A stretch of 64,000 nucleotides of DNA from Podarcis tiliguerta (taxonomy: Eukaryota), in assembly GCA_965153285.1 (NCBI GenBank), contig OZ229114.1; one strand, 5' to 3'. Shown here in pieces: positions 11,941-24,693 of the stretch (the first letter of the stretch is position 1; every line of letters begins with the position of its first letter). The notes under the pieces are model-generated. The model saw only the letters and a program-made list of their open reading frames with translations. It had not been told where the DNA came from and made no database searches. The translations under genes were made by a program, and so were the position numbers.

Positions 11941-13039
11941 TTATGGGTTATTATGGTAAAGGTGGGGGGAAGTAAAGCCATCTCTTGTTTCTGATTGTGT
12001 TTGGGCACAGGAGGTTTGAATTTTCTTGCAGCTGTTAGTCATAGATGGTGCTGGAACCTTACTATTCCTAAGGCAAAATATGATAAGGCACATATGCACA
12101 GTGCTGTTAAGTGCACATATGCTAACATCACAAGCCAGGAGCACTCTTGGAAACAGACGAGCTTTCCCCTAAAATGTCTGCAGGGTAATTTTGTAAATAC
12201 CAAGCTGATTCCAAATTGAGCCAAGGAGAGCTCTCCCATCACTCACTTCAGAAGGTCACGGTACTGTGCAATGGACGGAATAATGTGGTTGCTTATAGTC
12301 TTCCAAAGGGTTGGCTGTTCGGGGCTACCTTATGAATGATTACTAGTAGGAGCCAGAGATAGCTCATGGTGCATGGAAGGGAGTGAAGTAAAAGGAGGAT
12401 GGAGAATTTCATGTCTGGGGAAAGGTGGGCAAAAAATATAATACCTGGGCTTTGTAAAAATTGTCTCCTCAAAATTTTCAATCCTAATTGCAGGTGTTGA
12501 ATTTTTTTTTGGGGGGGGGAAGGTGAGTCACAGGATATTATTTGGAATTCTCCAATTTTGAGATGGCCAATAAATAAATAAATCTCAGGAAATTCTTTGG
12601 CTCAGTTAATAATGAATGCACCTACCTGGTTGATTCAGCCCTGTGGACAATGGAAGCTAAATGAGAACCACAAGGAGCAGGGGCCAAACCATGGCTTCCT
12701 CCAACAATATTAAAATAATATTGAACAACAAGTAAAATTGGGTTCACAGCTGTAAAACTTCATTCATGGATCAAGGTTTAGGGTGGGTGGAAAGGTGGAT
12801 TTCATGGAATTAACTGTCTAGCTTCTTTGCTCCTTGTATGTTGCTCAGAAACAGGTGACTTGGGAATATGTGGAAACTGTAGAATGTTTGTGCAGCAAAA
12901 TGTTGTTGTGAAAACATATTTGAAAAGCACAGCTTTTTCCTGTATGAATACTTGTGTATCCTCACTGAGTACTACAGGAAGTTTGAGCAGAATCCCAGTC
13001 CTTTGTATACACATGATTGCAGCAATGATTCAAGATAGG

Positions 13040-13118
13040 TCTCTATCTCTCTCTGTCTCTGTCTCTGTCTCTGTCTCTGTCTCTGTCCCTCTCCCTCTCC
13101 CTCTCCCTCTCCCTCTCC
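13040..13118. repeat. Compound hexamer microsatellite (TCTCTG)n(TCCCTC)n
   Basis: Read directly. Confidence 0.95.
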
Positions 13119-13930
13119 TGTACTCATTGCCTATATGTTGACTATTAATGCACAATGATGAATTAGCTTTGAATACAAAGAGAAACAAGAGGAGACATGT
13201 ACAAGGCAAATGTTAGAAGTATATGTAAGAAGGGAAACTGTATACATAGCTCAGGACCTTGTGCCCTTAAAAAAAAAAAAATACAGGCAAGCTCCAACTG
13301 AGATCAATTGTGGATTCAAAATTGACCTCAGCATCCTCTGTGGGACATTTGCAGGTCAGTTATTCAAACACTCAGAGTCAAATCCTCCATTAAAAACAAA
13401 CAAGCAGCAGTGCGTTTTGAGCTCAACATTTTGGCTTCTGAAATCTGTGTCTGACAAGTTTAAATTAATATTGTCATTTCCCAAAGCTTCATGTATTCTG
13501 TTTACTGCCAGTTTTCTACTGAGATAGTCAAAATGGCATACACCCCCCCCCCAAAGTGTCAGAGACGGATCTGATAACATGGAGCATTAAGCTGACTGGC
13601 TTTAGGAACCACCCTAGAGAGACTCCCATTCAACCTCCCCCTCCAGAGACTTCCATGGAAGAAGCGTTTTAAAGACAAGTGATTCCTCTCCTCAGATTCA
13701 GAGGGTTCACCCCCAGAAACACTGGCGGAGTAGGAGAGCCTCTCCTGCTACCACAGCACATTGAGCAGCAAGATGCTCACTGGAGCAGATACATTCAGGT
13801 TAGGGTAAACTCAAGTAGTTTGCCTCTGAGGTGGTGGAACTCGAGAAAACTATCTGGCTGCTAGATTACGTACAGCACAATCCTATACAACTTTCCAAGT
13901 AAGTAAATCCCACTGTGTTCACTCTCTAGT

Positions 13931-14000
13931 ATAGTGGTTCTCAAATCTTTTCCCACGTGGACCACTTGAAAACTGAGGGCCTTGGTGGACCATTTAATGA
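13931..14000 (+). mobile_element. hAT/Charlie-like element left-end fragment
   Basis: TAGTGGTTCTCAAATCTTTT..GTGGACCACTTGAAAA resembles CAGTGGTTCYCAAACT termini. Confidence 0.5.
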
Positions 14001-14081
14001 CTTGTAATCTCAGGACTGAAGCCTTGAACTTGCAGTTAGCTTCAGACAATTTTTGCAGCAGTAATCCAGGTACTCTGGTGT

Positions 14082-14083
<2 letters not shown>

Positions 14084-14125
<42 letters not shown>
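14084..14125. repeat. (TC)n microsatellite, about 21 units
   Basis: Read directly. Confidence 0.98.
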
Positions 14126-14128
<3 letters not shown>

Positions 14129-16480
14129 CTTTGACCTAGTAACTGGCTCCTGCAGTGTGCTCTCCATGGTCCTGACCACTTTCAGCCTATCCTGCTCTCT
14201 TGCTGTGGGCAATCAGGGCACTCCTGCTGCTTCCAGCTTGGAACAGGACATGTAAATAGAAATCAGTGAAAACAACTCAAAAGATAAAAGCCCAGTTCTC
14301 AAAGGAAAAGTTGATTAAAAATATTCCAAGCAGTACCTCCCCCCTCCATAGCTTGTCAATAGTGTACAGAAAAGAACTCTTAATAATGGAAAGTCTTCAC
14401 ACGCCAATGAAACTAAGAGAGAGTTAGCCAGGGGGAATCCCTGTTGGGAATGAATACCATTTGGTGGATCAAGGCTGGAGTCACAGTGGTGAATATACCT
14501 TTCAATACAATTTAGCTTTCGATGTGTGCCAAATATCAACAATAATCTCTAAACAGAAAATTAATAGATGAAATGGTAAGTTTCTGTTTCTCGTGGGTGG
14601 TGAAGTTGACACACAACGGCATTTACTAAATCAAAATACCAAGACAGAGCAAAGTGGTTTTTCCCCCATCAGCATGTCCTATCTAAAAATATACTCCAAA
14701 ATGTCACTCTCAAATTATTCATACATTGCTGCTTGTGCGTATTATTTTCACATTGATCTTTCCCTGCATATGATATCAAAGTTGCTCTTCATGAAGATGT
14801 TGGGTTTTTAGTCCCAAAAATGTTGACCCAAAGGTTATCTTTTCCACGATAAAGGAGCATTGCTGATAAGGATTTTCCCAATATTGCTAATAAAGGTACA
14901 TTGCTGAAACAATGGAGAGTGTAAAGTTGTTTCTGGAAGTGTCTTAAGGAGAGAGATGGTCTTTCAAGGTGAATTTAAGTCTCTTTGGAAGATTCCCCTT
15001 TTATGAAGATACGATTCCTGCTGGAGGTGCCTCAATCAAAGAGATCCTACATGATTGCATCAAATTGTTTTTGATTCAAGTCTCTCTGCATAACTTCTAT
15101 GATGCATTTTGTGGCTCTTATCTGGCGCTTGCTGCTTATTTATTTATTTTTTCAGCATCAGATACCAGCCGCCTTTTTCCATTTGCTGGAATATGGCTTG
15201 TTCTTATCAGCGCAAGAGGCTCGGCTGTAACTGAAACCATCCGAGGGCTTGTTGCAAGCCCTGTTTATTGAAAATATAAATAAGGGTGACTGGTATCTTT
15301 TCTGCATTTCCATCATAGCTTCAGTACGTGCCAAAGGGTGGGGGCTAGCTGCACATTTGAAAAACAAACATTTCTCATCTGGCATACCCACATTTCCAAA
15401 AGAAGGATCGTTTGTTATTTGCCTATAACTGGGGGAACATTTAATGGAATCAATTAATTAATGACTAGGCTCTGAAGGCATAAACAGTAAAATTAGTAAC
15501 TAGAATTGGGTAATGCTCCTTCAATTTTTTTTTCACCATTCCAGAGTATAAATCAAGCCCCCTGCTATTCATTAAATCCTAGAAAAAAATGGAATGTACT
15601 TGAGGCCATTTATCCCAACTTTTTACTTTGAGATGAGATCCTCCATACTCACTTTTAACCAATTAGCTTTTATCAGGCTGAGCTTACAGTGTGTCAAAGC
15701 TGATAACAGGAACAAGCAACGTGTACCCTGCCATAGGAACCCAGGAGACACAGGCAGAGTTACGTTCCAGAGAAATAGCCACAAGTCTATTTAAAAAAAC
15801 AGCCTCCATGAGTCTTGTGGCACCTTAACATACAACAAATTTCCTCTGGAGTGGACTCTGGCACACAAAAGTGTCACAAACATGTATCTGAATTGATTGC
15901 ACATGGGGGAAATGCCGCAGCTTAAAGCAAAACACACCTTCCCCACAATGCCAAGTGCAGAAACATGAGTTCAGTGACAATAGGCTTTCTTGATCCTATC
16001 TAAAATGGGTCAGTCTGGCTTGTGGGCATGTCAGCCTGTCACACTTCTATAGCAGAACTTGTATAGCAACAATTCTGCCCTACCAGATGCACTGTCTCAT
16101 CAAAGCTATCAGTAGGAAAGATATCCTTATCTTTTTAAAAAATACAATAAGGGAGAAGTTCCACATTTTTATAGCCAGCTCGTACAGGTCTGGGAAAGGA
16201 CTACTTTGGTGTTTTACCCAAGAGCTATCTTTGCCTGTCTAAAATTGATTGACTGTGAGCTTTTTGTGTGTGGTTCTTTTGCTAGGTGCATTGTAGCCTA
16301 TTAAACCAATGAGGTTTATCTGTCCCTAGCTTTGCTGAGGATTTTGGCCTATGGTAGTGACCATGTAGGAACATCACACGTTCAACTTAACCCAAACTTG
16401 TGAACACAACTTTCCTTTCTGTGAATTGTGCCTCCTACTTTAATATTCCAAGAATCCTCTGGTCTAGTTATCTGTTGAGA

Positions 16481-16742
16481 CAGGGGTTGGCAATGTGGGG
16501 CCCATAGGTGCATGTCACCCTTAGTGGCTTTCCCTGGCACCCACAGTGCCCCAGCCCCCTGTGCCTCCCTGCACTGAAAGAAGCCAATAAAAGGCTTTTT
16601 TCCCAAGCCTATTTGTGGCATGGGGGAGATTTGGAGGTGGTTATCACCGGGGAGGGGAGAGTTGCTGCGTGTATGTGGTGTACATGACAGTTCCAGTGGT
16701 TTACAAATGTGCCACAGGGCCCAAACAGGTTAGTGACCCCTG
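16481..16742. mobile_element. hAT-like non-autonomous DNA transposon
   Basis: Terminal inverted repeats CAGGGGTTGGCAA / TTAGTGACCCCTG; no clean 8-bp TSD. Confidence 0.6.
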
Positions 16743-16784
16743 TTGTGGGAAATCAGTAGGTGTTGTGTATGAGCATCATGTAGG

Positions 16785-16935
16785 ATTCCAGTTGTTGAAA
16801 ACCACAGGAAGGGAAGGTGCTGTTGTGCTCAGGTCCTGCTGAAGGTTTCCTATTGGCATTGGTCAGCCACTGTGAGAACAAGATGCTGGACTAGATGGGC
16901 CATTGGCCTGATTCAGTAAAACCTGATTATGATTC
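16785..16935 (+). mobile_element. CR1 LINE 3' UTR
   Basis: GCCACTGTGAGAACAAGATGCTGGACTAGATGGGCCATTGGCCTGAT; same block at 24630, 43325 and 50420. Confidence 0.8.
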
Positions 16936-17620
16936 AGTTCTGATGCACTGAATCTATAGCTCTGAAATAAAGCCTATACTCTTGTCTTGCCGTTAGGCAT
17001 GTTCAAGTCCTGTTATTTCAGTGGAACTCAAGACTGGTTTAAATGTGAGAGTAGCCACAGCTACCGCAAAGTATCTATGCAAGTGATCCAAAAAGAAGTA
17101 AGAACACATTTGTAAACCCCTTAGCTTGTGCATCCGCTCATACCTATGCTGTGTGTGCATGCCAGTATGGTTGCCATCTGGGATGGCACATCACCAGGGT
17201 GCACTTGCAGCAAATTGTGAGCTAGCACATGGGCTTAGAGACTTCTCAGTGGTGTGGCTACATGATTAAATGTTTTGCAGCAAGCTCTGAATATTTGTCT
17301 ATATGTTGAAATGGTGCTGCAAGAGCAAACAGGTGCAGAATTATAGTCTATGTGAGTAACAGAGTAGGTGTGGTTTGTACGTATCCTTTACTGTTGAATC
17401 CTTTGGGCATTGGTTCCCAGTTTGATCCGAGACCTTTTTAGAGGTTGGAATATGCTGCCATTGATTTAACAGCAGACATGCCTATATATAGAAACTCTGT
17501 CTCATTTCGGGAGGTGGTCAGTCAGCTTGGAATTGTGTTTTCTACTTATGCTGCAATATTGCAATCGTGATTAGTCAGAAATGAATTTCAGTGAATTCAG
17601 TGAGGTGTACTCCCAAATAA

Positions 17621-17784
17621 TGTTGCATATGCACTATACATTTAAAGTGCATTCTCCCCTAAAAAAGAATCCTCAGATCTGTAGTTTACCCACCAGAGAT
17701 CCAATTCCCAGCACATTTAAAAATGACAATTCCCAGGATTTGGTGTATGTACGCGAGCTTTAAGTGCAAGCTGTGTATGCAGCC
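17621..17784. mobile_element. PIF/Harbinger-like MITE nested in another palindromic repeat
   Basis: TAA duplicated at 17618-17620 and 17785-17787; degenerate TIR TGTTGCATATGCAC / GTGTATGCAGCC; host element halves at 17550-17620 and 17785-17810. Confidence 0.65.
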
Positions 17785-18451
17785 TAAATGTGCACAGGAT
17801 TGCAATCTTAAAACCCTTTCCTATCCCACTATTTCTAGTTGTTGTCTCTGCCCTAGTAAGGCAAGTGCTATCTGAAATGAATCAGTTTTATCTACTGACT
17901 TCTCTCAAGGCTTGTGGATGTTTAAAAATGCATTGATCAGAAGTGAGTAAAAATAGCAGTGTAGGAGGGAAGCATGTTGGAAATCTCTCTACACGAAGAA
18001 AGCAGGGGTGGAAATAGCAGCTTTACTGACTGTGCACACAGGTGCACGACACTTATGTAGGCAACGTGGGGGAAATTCCTGGGGAAATTGGAAGCAATTC
18101 CGTAGCAGTTTCTATCTTTGGAAGGAGGTTGGTGATCATTAAGTGAATAGCAATATCATTACCGGCATTGCTTCCTTTAGGGGTCCTGTAGATGAGGGAT
18201 GGGCAGGAGGTAAATCTGGACCTCCTGGTAAGTCTCTTGGTGATTTGCAGTAGATTGGCAATGATTTCTGACTTTCAGTTGTTTAATAATAGCAGCAACA
18301 AAATGATTCCACTCCCCCAAACTCTACTAGTGCAATGAAGAAAGCTTGGGGTAACTTTTGTGTGGAAGGATTGTGGAGCAAGTTCAGGTTTGATGCTCAA
18401 TGAACTATGAAAGGCACCACAATTCCATTTTGAGCCGCAAGCCAAAAAATT

Positions 18452-18524
18452 TACACCTGGGAATAAATCCCATTGAATTCAATGGAGTTTACTTCAGAGT
18501 ATACATGAACAGATTGCACTGTTA
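18452..18524. mobile_element. Short palindromic repeat (TCCCATTGAA..CAATGG family)
   Basis: CCTGGGAATAAATCCCATTGAATTCAATGGAGTTTACTTCAGAG; relatives at ~13875, 17550, 27912 and 30885. Confidence 0.6.
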
Positions 18525-18580
18525 GTCTCCCAGTTCCCATCACCCCTCACTCTGGTGTATGACATGACATTATGCTCTTT

Positions 18581-18707
18581 GGAACCTCGACCCTCCAGAT
18601 GTTTTTGGCCTACAACTCCCATGATCCCTAGCTAGCAGGACCAGTGGTCAGGGATGATGGGAATTGTAGTCTCAAAATATCTGGAGGGCAGAGGTTGAGG
18701 AAGCCTG
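18581..18707. mobile_element. Palindromic hAT-like MITE
   Basis: CCCTCCAGATGTTTTTGGCCTACAACTCCCAT / ATGGGAATTGTAGTCTCAAAATATCTGGAGGG inverted arms. Confidence 0.85.
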
Positions 18708-21104
18708 GTCCAGCTCCAAAGCTGGCCAGGTGGAGCTCATTAGCTCTGAGAAGAGAGGTATGATTCTTCAGCTAGAGTAGGCTTGGAACAGGTGGGGGTC
18801 ACATGCCTCCTCAAGCCCAGATGCTGTATTCAGCATGCAAAGTAGGAAAGGGCAGCCGAACTGAGGTGCTGTGTCTGCTCAACTGGCCCTGTTGGTGGAC
18901 CATGGCTTGAATGCATCTGGACCTCTACGGGACTGTCCTTTGGGTTGGACTCTTAACTTTGGACTTTGACATACTGCCTTGTCACCAGGTAGGCCAGGGG
19001 TTCAGGACAATAATGTACAGGTACTTGTGGAACTGCAGAGTATGGAAAACTCTGTCGCAGCCAAATACTCTTTCCCCAAGCATTGTGCAGGAAATTGTGG
19101 AGTGAGCATTTTCTATACATTATCTTTCAGAATTTGGTAACCCAGTGTTTAGGAACATCTGGAATAATTTTGCGGTGGAGGGGGAGAAGGAGGCATGGAC
19201 ATGGGAGTGAAAATGAAAATTGGGGTGCAACGCAGGGTTGAAGAGAGAAGCAGCTTCAGAAATGGAGTTGGGAAGATGAAAAGGGAGCTTGGTAGTGGCA
19301 TGGGGTGGGAAGAGGAAGCTGCAGCGGATTGATATGGGGTTGGTGAGCAGGCACAGCCTCTAATTTAATATAAAAATGAAAATATGTAAATTTAATTACA
19401 AGTGGTCCTATTGACATTAGTGAGGATGACCTGCATAATCTGGGATTCAGGGGAAACTATATGCCAGCTGATCCACCCCTCACTTGCAATATACGGTTGG
19501 TAGCGAGAAGGGGAATACATCTGCACTAGTCTCCCGTAGTCAAAGGGGTGCATGGAAGGCACCCTGTAAGAAAATTCTAGAACGAAACAAGTGTCCTGAA
19601 ACATGTGACACTTTTAGGGACAGAATCTGTGAGAGGCACACAAATGCTTGCATTCACTTTTTGCAGTTCCTCAGAGTTCATTTTTTGGCTCCCGTGGCCT
19701 CCAGGCTTAAATTAGCCAGGCTTCTAGCTTCACCATGCAAACTGCTTTTGTGTTTGCTGAAGAACTGTGTGTTCTGGTGCCAAGAACACTCACAGCTTCT
19801 GCTTCAACATAAAGTGTTGCTCCCCACAACCCTTGTCAGAGCCTGAGCGTCTCGTGCACCTGGCTGCTGCGATTTCTAGCCCCTACTGTGTGTTTACACT
19901 CAGGACCTCTGTTCCATTTTTATATCTGTCACTTGTCTCTCTGGAAACTGCTGAACCTCATCTTATGCGGATGCTGTCAGACAGCATGCCTCTTCAATCC
20001 GTGGCCTGGACCAGTTGGTCACTGAGCGTCACCCCCATAAGGCCCAAATCCCAAATCGCCTTTACAGAACGTAGCATGGCCCTTGAAAGCAGCAGAGCTC
20101 AGAAAAGTGACAGGCAGCATTGTGATGGCTGTGGCGCTGCATGGAAATCTGGACAATCCTGGAAGATTTGTACTTTATATTAGAGGGTGGGAAAGAACCC
20201 GACTCTGATTCCAAGCTTTTGTTTTATTTCTTCTAATTATCCAAGACGATCCCCATTGAAGCTTTATTTTTTTGACTGCTGGGCTGGCTTTCCCACTCCC
20301 CTTGCCCATTGTTTTTTATTTTGTAAGGTGTCTGCTATAATTAAAAAAAAGGTTGGCAGTATCAAAACCTGACAGCAGTGCTGAGATTTTATCAAGCAAA
20401 TATTGGTGTGTATGTGCAGCACTTAAAGAAGTGGTGTTTCTGATATATCTATTTAACAGTTTTATTTAGTCTTGAAGGTGATGCCTGCCTGGTCAGTGCA
20501 GAAACCCGGTGGTGGTGGTGTGTGTCAATCTTCCCATATTGAGTAAAGAGGTCTTAAGGGGGTTCAGATGAACACTCTTGGAGACCTTCATGCAGGACGT
20601 TGGGTTTACACGTTAATTCTGCTGCTTCATGTGTTTGCTTGAATTCTGAGCAAAAAGCCTGAAGAGGGCTTTAGCTTGGATCGAATCCAGTGTATACACT
20701 GATCTGAAAAGCTCCAGGTGACTTACAGAACATTCTGGTATATAACATCAGCTAGACACAGAGCAGGATGCTTCATTTCTCCTGTCCCAATTTCCATAGT
20801 TTCAAAACGAAAGGTTTCCAGGTAGCCAGGTGGTGGAAGTATAGCTAGATCTGCTACCTGTATGACTAGTTAAGAGGAAGGCAAAGGCAATCTGGCTTTC
20901 TTTTGTACTGTATGCAGGCGCATGAGGGCATGCAGCTGTATGCATTTCATTTGCTTCTAGCACTCACACTTTACCTTTTTTAGGTTACAACTTGTATATA
21001 TGTGGAACCCTAAAAACGAAATGTGTGTAAGGACTATAGTGTTAGTCACAAAAACAGACACTAGAGCAGATGCTGATATGCCCGTTTGGCATGTTTTTTC
21101 TGTT

Positions 21105-21180
21105 GCATTTTAAATTTTTGTAACCTGCCCTGAGACCTTAGGGTCAAGGGTGGGTAATAAATGAAAACAACAGCAACAAG
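21105..21180 (+). mobile_element. L2-type 3' terminus
   Basis: TTGTAACCTGCCCTGAGACC..AAGGGTGGGTAATAAAT plus (CAA)n-like tail. Confidence 0.55.
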
Positions 21181-22092
21181 GCTCCCTTCTTGCTCCTTCC
21201 CCACATGCCCCTCAAACAGGCTCTGTGTTGCTCAGGAGAAACCCCAGAACAGAACACAAGGTGGGGGAAAGAAGGAAGATGATCCCACCAGGCAAGCAGA
21301 GACACTTGTGCTGACAGAGCAAGTCTCCTCAGCACTACTTTGAATTCAACCCATGGCGCTGCTTCCCCTCATTCAGGACTCCATGCTTTTTTGTGTGAAC
21401 AGCATAAAATAGCAGCGATGCCTCATGTACAAGAGAATGCATGCAGACATTTTGGATGGCTCTTCAGCCTCCCAAACTTATCTGCATCACCCTACCATAT
21501 GGTAGGGCATGCCTTTAATTGCATATGCTTAGGATGGATAGAGAAATAGCCACTAGATAAATGGACTTTTACTGCAGCAAGAATGAGAAGAAATTAATAA
21601 TCCTGAGCCATATGTATTTTTAGTGGCCTGTACTTTTTAATCTGGAAATGATGTTCCACTCTTGCCTCGTTGACTCAAAGCCCAGCTCTGCAGTATAGTT
21701 ATATAAGCTGACCAATAACTTTCCAGCACCCCACCCGCGCTGCTCCGATACCCTCCGTTTGCATTAACGCTGCAGGATTTTATGGCTGTTTTGACCATGG
21801 TATGAAATTCCTTTCAGGCAATTTATTGGACGTTGAATAGATTGTAAGTCTCTTTAGATATTAGGCAAGGCAGAGGCAGGCATTTAGACACTGCCAGGTT
21901 TTGAGGAAATATAAATGGCAAATTGAAAGCTCGTTCCTGGTTTGGCAGCACAGTCCCATCATGCCAGCGCAACATGGGCAGTAAGAGCACCTGGCCCTCA
22001 GTAACCATTAAGGGGGGGGGGGAGAGACGACTCAGTGTTCATCAGTAGCAGTGGCTGTGCTCTCTGTTACCTTATACAGTGCATAGGACTGT

Positions 22093-22340
22093 CTTCTTCT
22101 TTGGCGACCGCTTGTAGCTGAGTAAGATCGTCTTCCATAAACACAGTTTTAACAGTGAGTCGTAAGTGACTGTGCAGGCCAATTCTGGATCCACATGTCC
22201 TTCCACAGTGGGGACATAGGTTTCTGGGCAGGAGTTGATCATGGTGAGGGTTTGCCAAGCGTGCCTTCCTCTTAGCTCCTTTCTCCCTTTCATCCTGAGT
22301 TCGAGTGTCTTCAAAGCCCATGACACCTTTGGTAAAGGCT
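22093..22340 (-). mobile_element. 5'-truncated RTE-clade LINE
   Basis: Minus-strand ORF contains AFTKGVMGFEDTRTQDEREKGAKRKARLANPHHDQLLPRNLCPHCGRTCGSRIGLHSHLR; (GAA)n tail; exact 7-bp TSD GGACTGT at 22086-22092 and 22341-22347. Confidence 0.92.
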
Positions 22341-23668
22341 GGACTGTGTGTGCATTTGGGAGGGGGGTTGTGCCCAATAAGACCTCTCTTTCTGCCACAT
22401 GGATACTTCCCCAAATGTCTCCTCTGGTCCTGTCCCAATAACCCAGTAGTCCCTTCTGTGGGAGGCAATGCCACCATCTGTGCATCAAGAAAGTTTTGCA
22501 TAGCTAGTACATGCCTCAGAATTGGAATAGGGGATGGAGGGTGTTTTGGAAACTCACTTTCAGGTGTAGGTGTAGATTTCCCTGTCTGGCTTACCTTCAT
22601 TAAATATCTAGCCCTGCAGTGAAATAGTTTAGTTCCTGGTGGGAATTTGCCTCCAAAAGCCTATGAGGTAGAATACCTATAAAGGCTTTGAGAAGATCAG
22701 TGTCAGTGGCTGTCCTTTCCACCAGTGTACCCATCATCAGTTTCCCACACATGGCTTAAGCCCTTCAGGCATAAGAGATTGGGATGCAACCCAATAGTGT
22801 ATGCCTTGATATGTGGCATCAGAGTTCCCTGGTGCTGTGGCTGGTGTGCCGTGATGGACTGCATGGTTTTGTGGCAGCTGTGGTGGTGAGGGAGAAGCTA
22901 GGGAAAGTCATCTGGGGCTGTCTATTGATTCCAGTTGGAATGTGCTAGTTTATGCCACCTCTTTTGCAGGCGTGACATTATAACAACTGTACTTACTCAA
23001 GCGATACACTGTTTTTAACCGTGCTGTTGCGTATTACAGATATATATGGTCTTTTTCACTCTGTATTTTATTGTGTTTTATTGCCAGTCGTGTTAGAAAA
23101 TACATTTATCTCTCTCCTCTCCCCTTGCCATGTGTAACAAATAGAAGAAATGAATGAATAACTGCAGAAGGTGCGAATGAGCCCTGAGCAAGTCAAGATT
23201 TCCTTCTGAGCTCCACCCTTTCCCTCTTCACCCACCTTTTGCTCCTGTGTGTTTGTGATTGTTGGCTATTGCATATATATACAGCAAATGGGTAGCCTGT
23301 TGCTTCCAGAAGAGTATCCCTGTGCTGGCATTGTCTTGGGTTCTGCTGGCACAAGGAGTTTTTAGAAGTGCTCCTATGCTGCCCATTGGGTGTAATTTGA
23401 GGAAAAGATTATCTGTTAATCATCTTTAAGATGAATAATTAGGAAGAGCAGCACTCATATAGCTGTGCCTATGTATTTATAATTTAATATGTTGCTTTTC
23501 TTCCGCTTCTGTAATTAAGCTGTAAATGGCAACATTTGCTATATGGAGATGTTAACATTTGTTTCAAGGTACGAAATCTGGCTTTTGGGTATAAATCTCA
23601 GATAGGTCAGAGGATGTGTCTGGCATCCTCCCCAGCTCCCCAGTGACATAGGGGCAAAACAAGGTGTA

Positions 23669-23894
23669 CAGTGGTACCTCGGGTTAAGTACTTAATTCAT
23701 TCCGGAGGTCCATTCTTAACCTGAAACTGTTCTTAACCTGAGCACTGTTCTTGCACCTCTTTAGCAGCAGGAAGCCCGATTTCTGTTCTTATCCTGAAGC
23801 AAAGTTCTTAACCTGAAGCACTATTTCTGGGTTAGCGGAGTGTGTAACCTGAAGGGTATGTAACCTGAAGCGTATGTAACCTGAGGTACCACTG
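23669..23894. mobile_element. Tc1/mariner-pogo (Tigger-like) MITE
   Basis: TIR CAGTGGTACCTCGGGTTA / TAACCTGAGGTACCACTG; TA TSD at 23667-23668 and 23895-23896; internal TAACCTGA repeats. Confidence 0.93.
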
Positions 23895-24479
23895 TACCAT
23901 GCCTGAGATGTCAGTAGGGCAAGGCATGCCCTGATAGATGGATGAGTGCAATGGTGCAAATTCAGTGTTTGAACAAGGAAATTGCAACAGGGGTGAAACT
24001 ATGGTGAACTGACACAAACAATATGCACTGCCACACAATCCTTATCCCAAGGAATGATCAGGAGGGGTTTTGTGGAGGCTTTTGCTGTGGGAAGCAGTCC
24101 GATACATATTTCTCAGGTCTGCCCAATGTGGAAATGGAGGAGTCCTTCACAATTTGGGTGAAAATGGTCTATAAACAGCACTTAAGAGAACTGAAATGAA
24201 AAGCAGACATATTTCTCAGTGCCCTAAATCCTTCTACTTCTTGAGATCTAGGGTTGCTGTATTTCAAAAAGTGAAAATCTGGACATACAAGTTGTTGAGC
24301 TGTTAGTTCACTGACAGGGCTGCCTGAATGTTGCTTACCATGTTCAATTGGCATATGACTGCTGCCTTTGCTGGGATCCCTTTCCCCAAATGTTATTGGG
24401 CCAAGATGCTGTCATGATTGCCAAATTCTGTAAAAATGCTAGCAATCTCAGCATTGCAAAAGCCATAGAAGCATTCCTG

Positions 24480-24693
24480 CCAATGAATAACTTGCATGAT
24501 AAGGTTATCAGAGGCTGATAGCCAGAGTGGCTATGCTCTACCACCACTGTTGCAGGCAGTACACCTCTGTGTACCACTTGCTGGGAACCACAATTGAGGA
24601 GAGTACTTCCTACAAGCATCTGATTTGCCGCTGTGAGAATAGGATGCTGGATGAGGTGGGCCTCACCCAGCAGTGCTCTTCTTATGCCTTTAT
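24480..24693 (+). mobile_element. CR1 LINE 3' end, degraded
   Basis: GATAAGGTTATCAGAGGCTGATAGCC..GGCTATGCTCTACC..GCTGTGAGAATAGGATGCTGGA..CTCTTCTTATG. Confidence 0.7.

Noticed and set aside
18166-18233. 47-nt AG..GTAAGT exon candidate (GPVDEGWAGGKSGPP)
   Set aside because: Frame-shifting length, short pyrimidine tract, no recognisable peptide and not Gly-X-Y periodic
22067-22600. Longest ORF (177 aa) as a novel zinc-finger gene
   Set aside because: The C2H2-like part lies wholly inside a TSD-bounded RTE insertion; the upstream part is chance open flank
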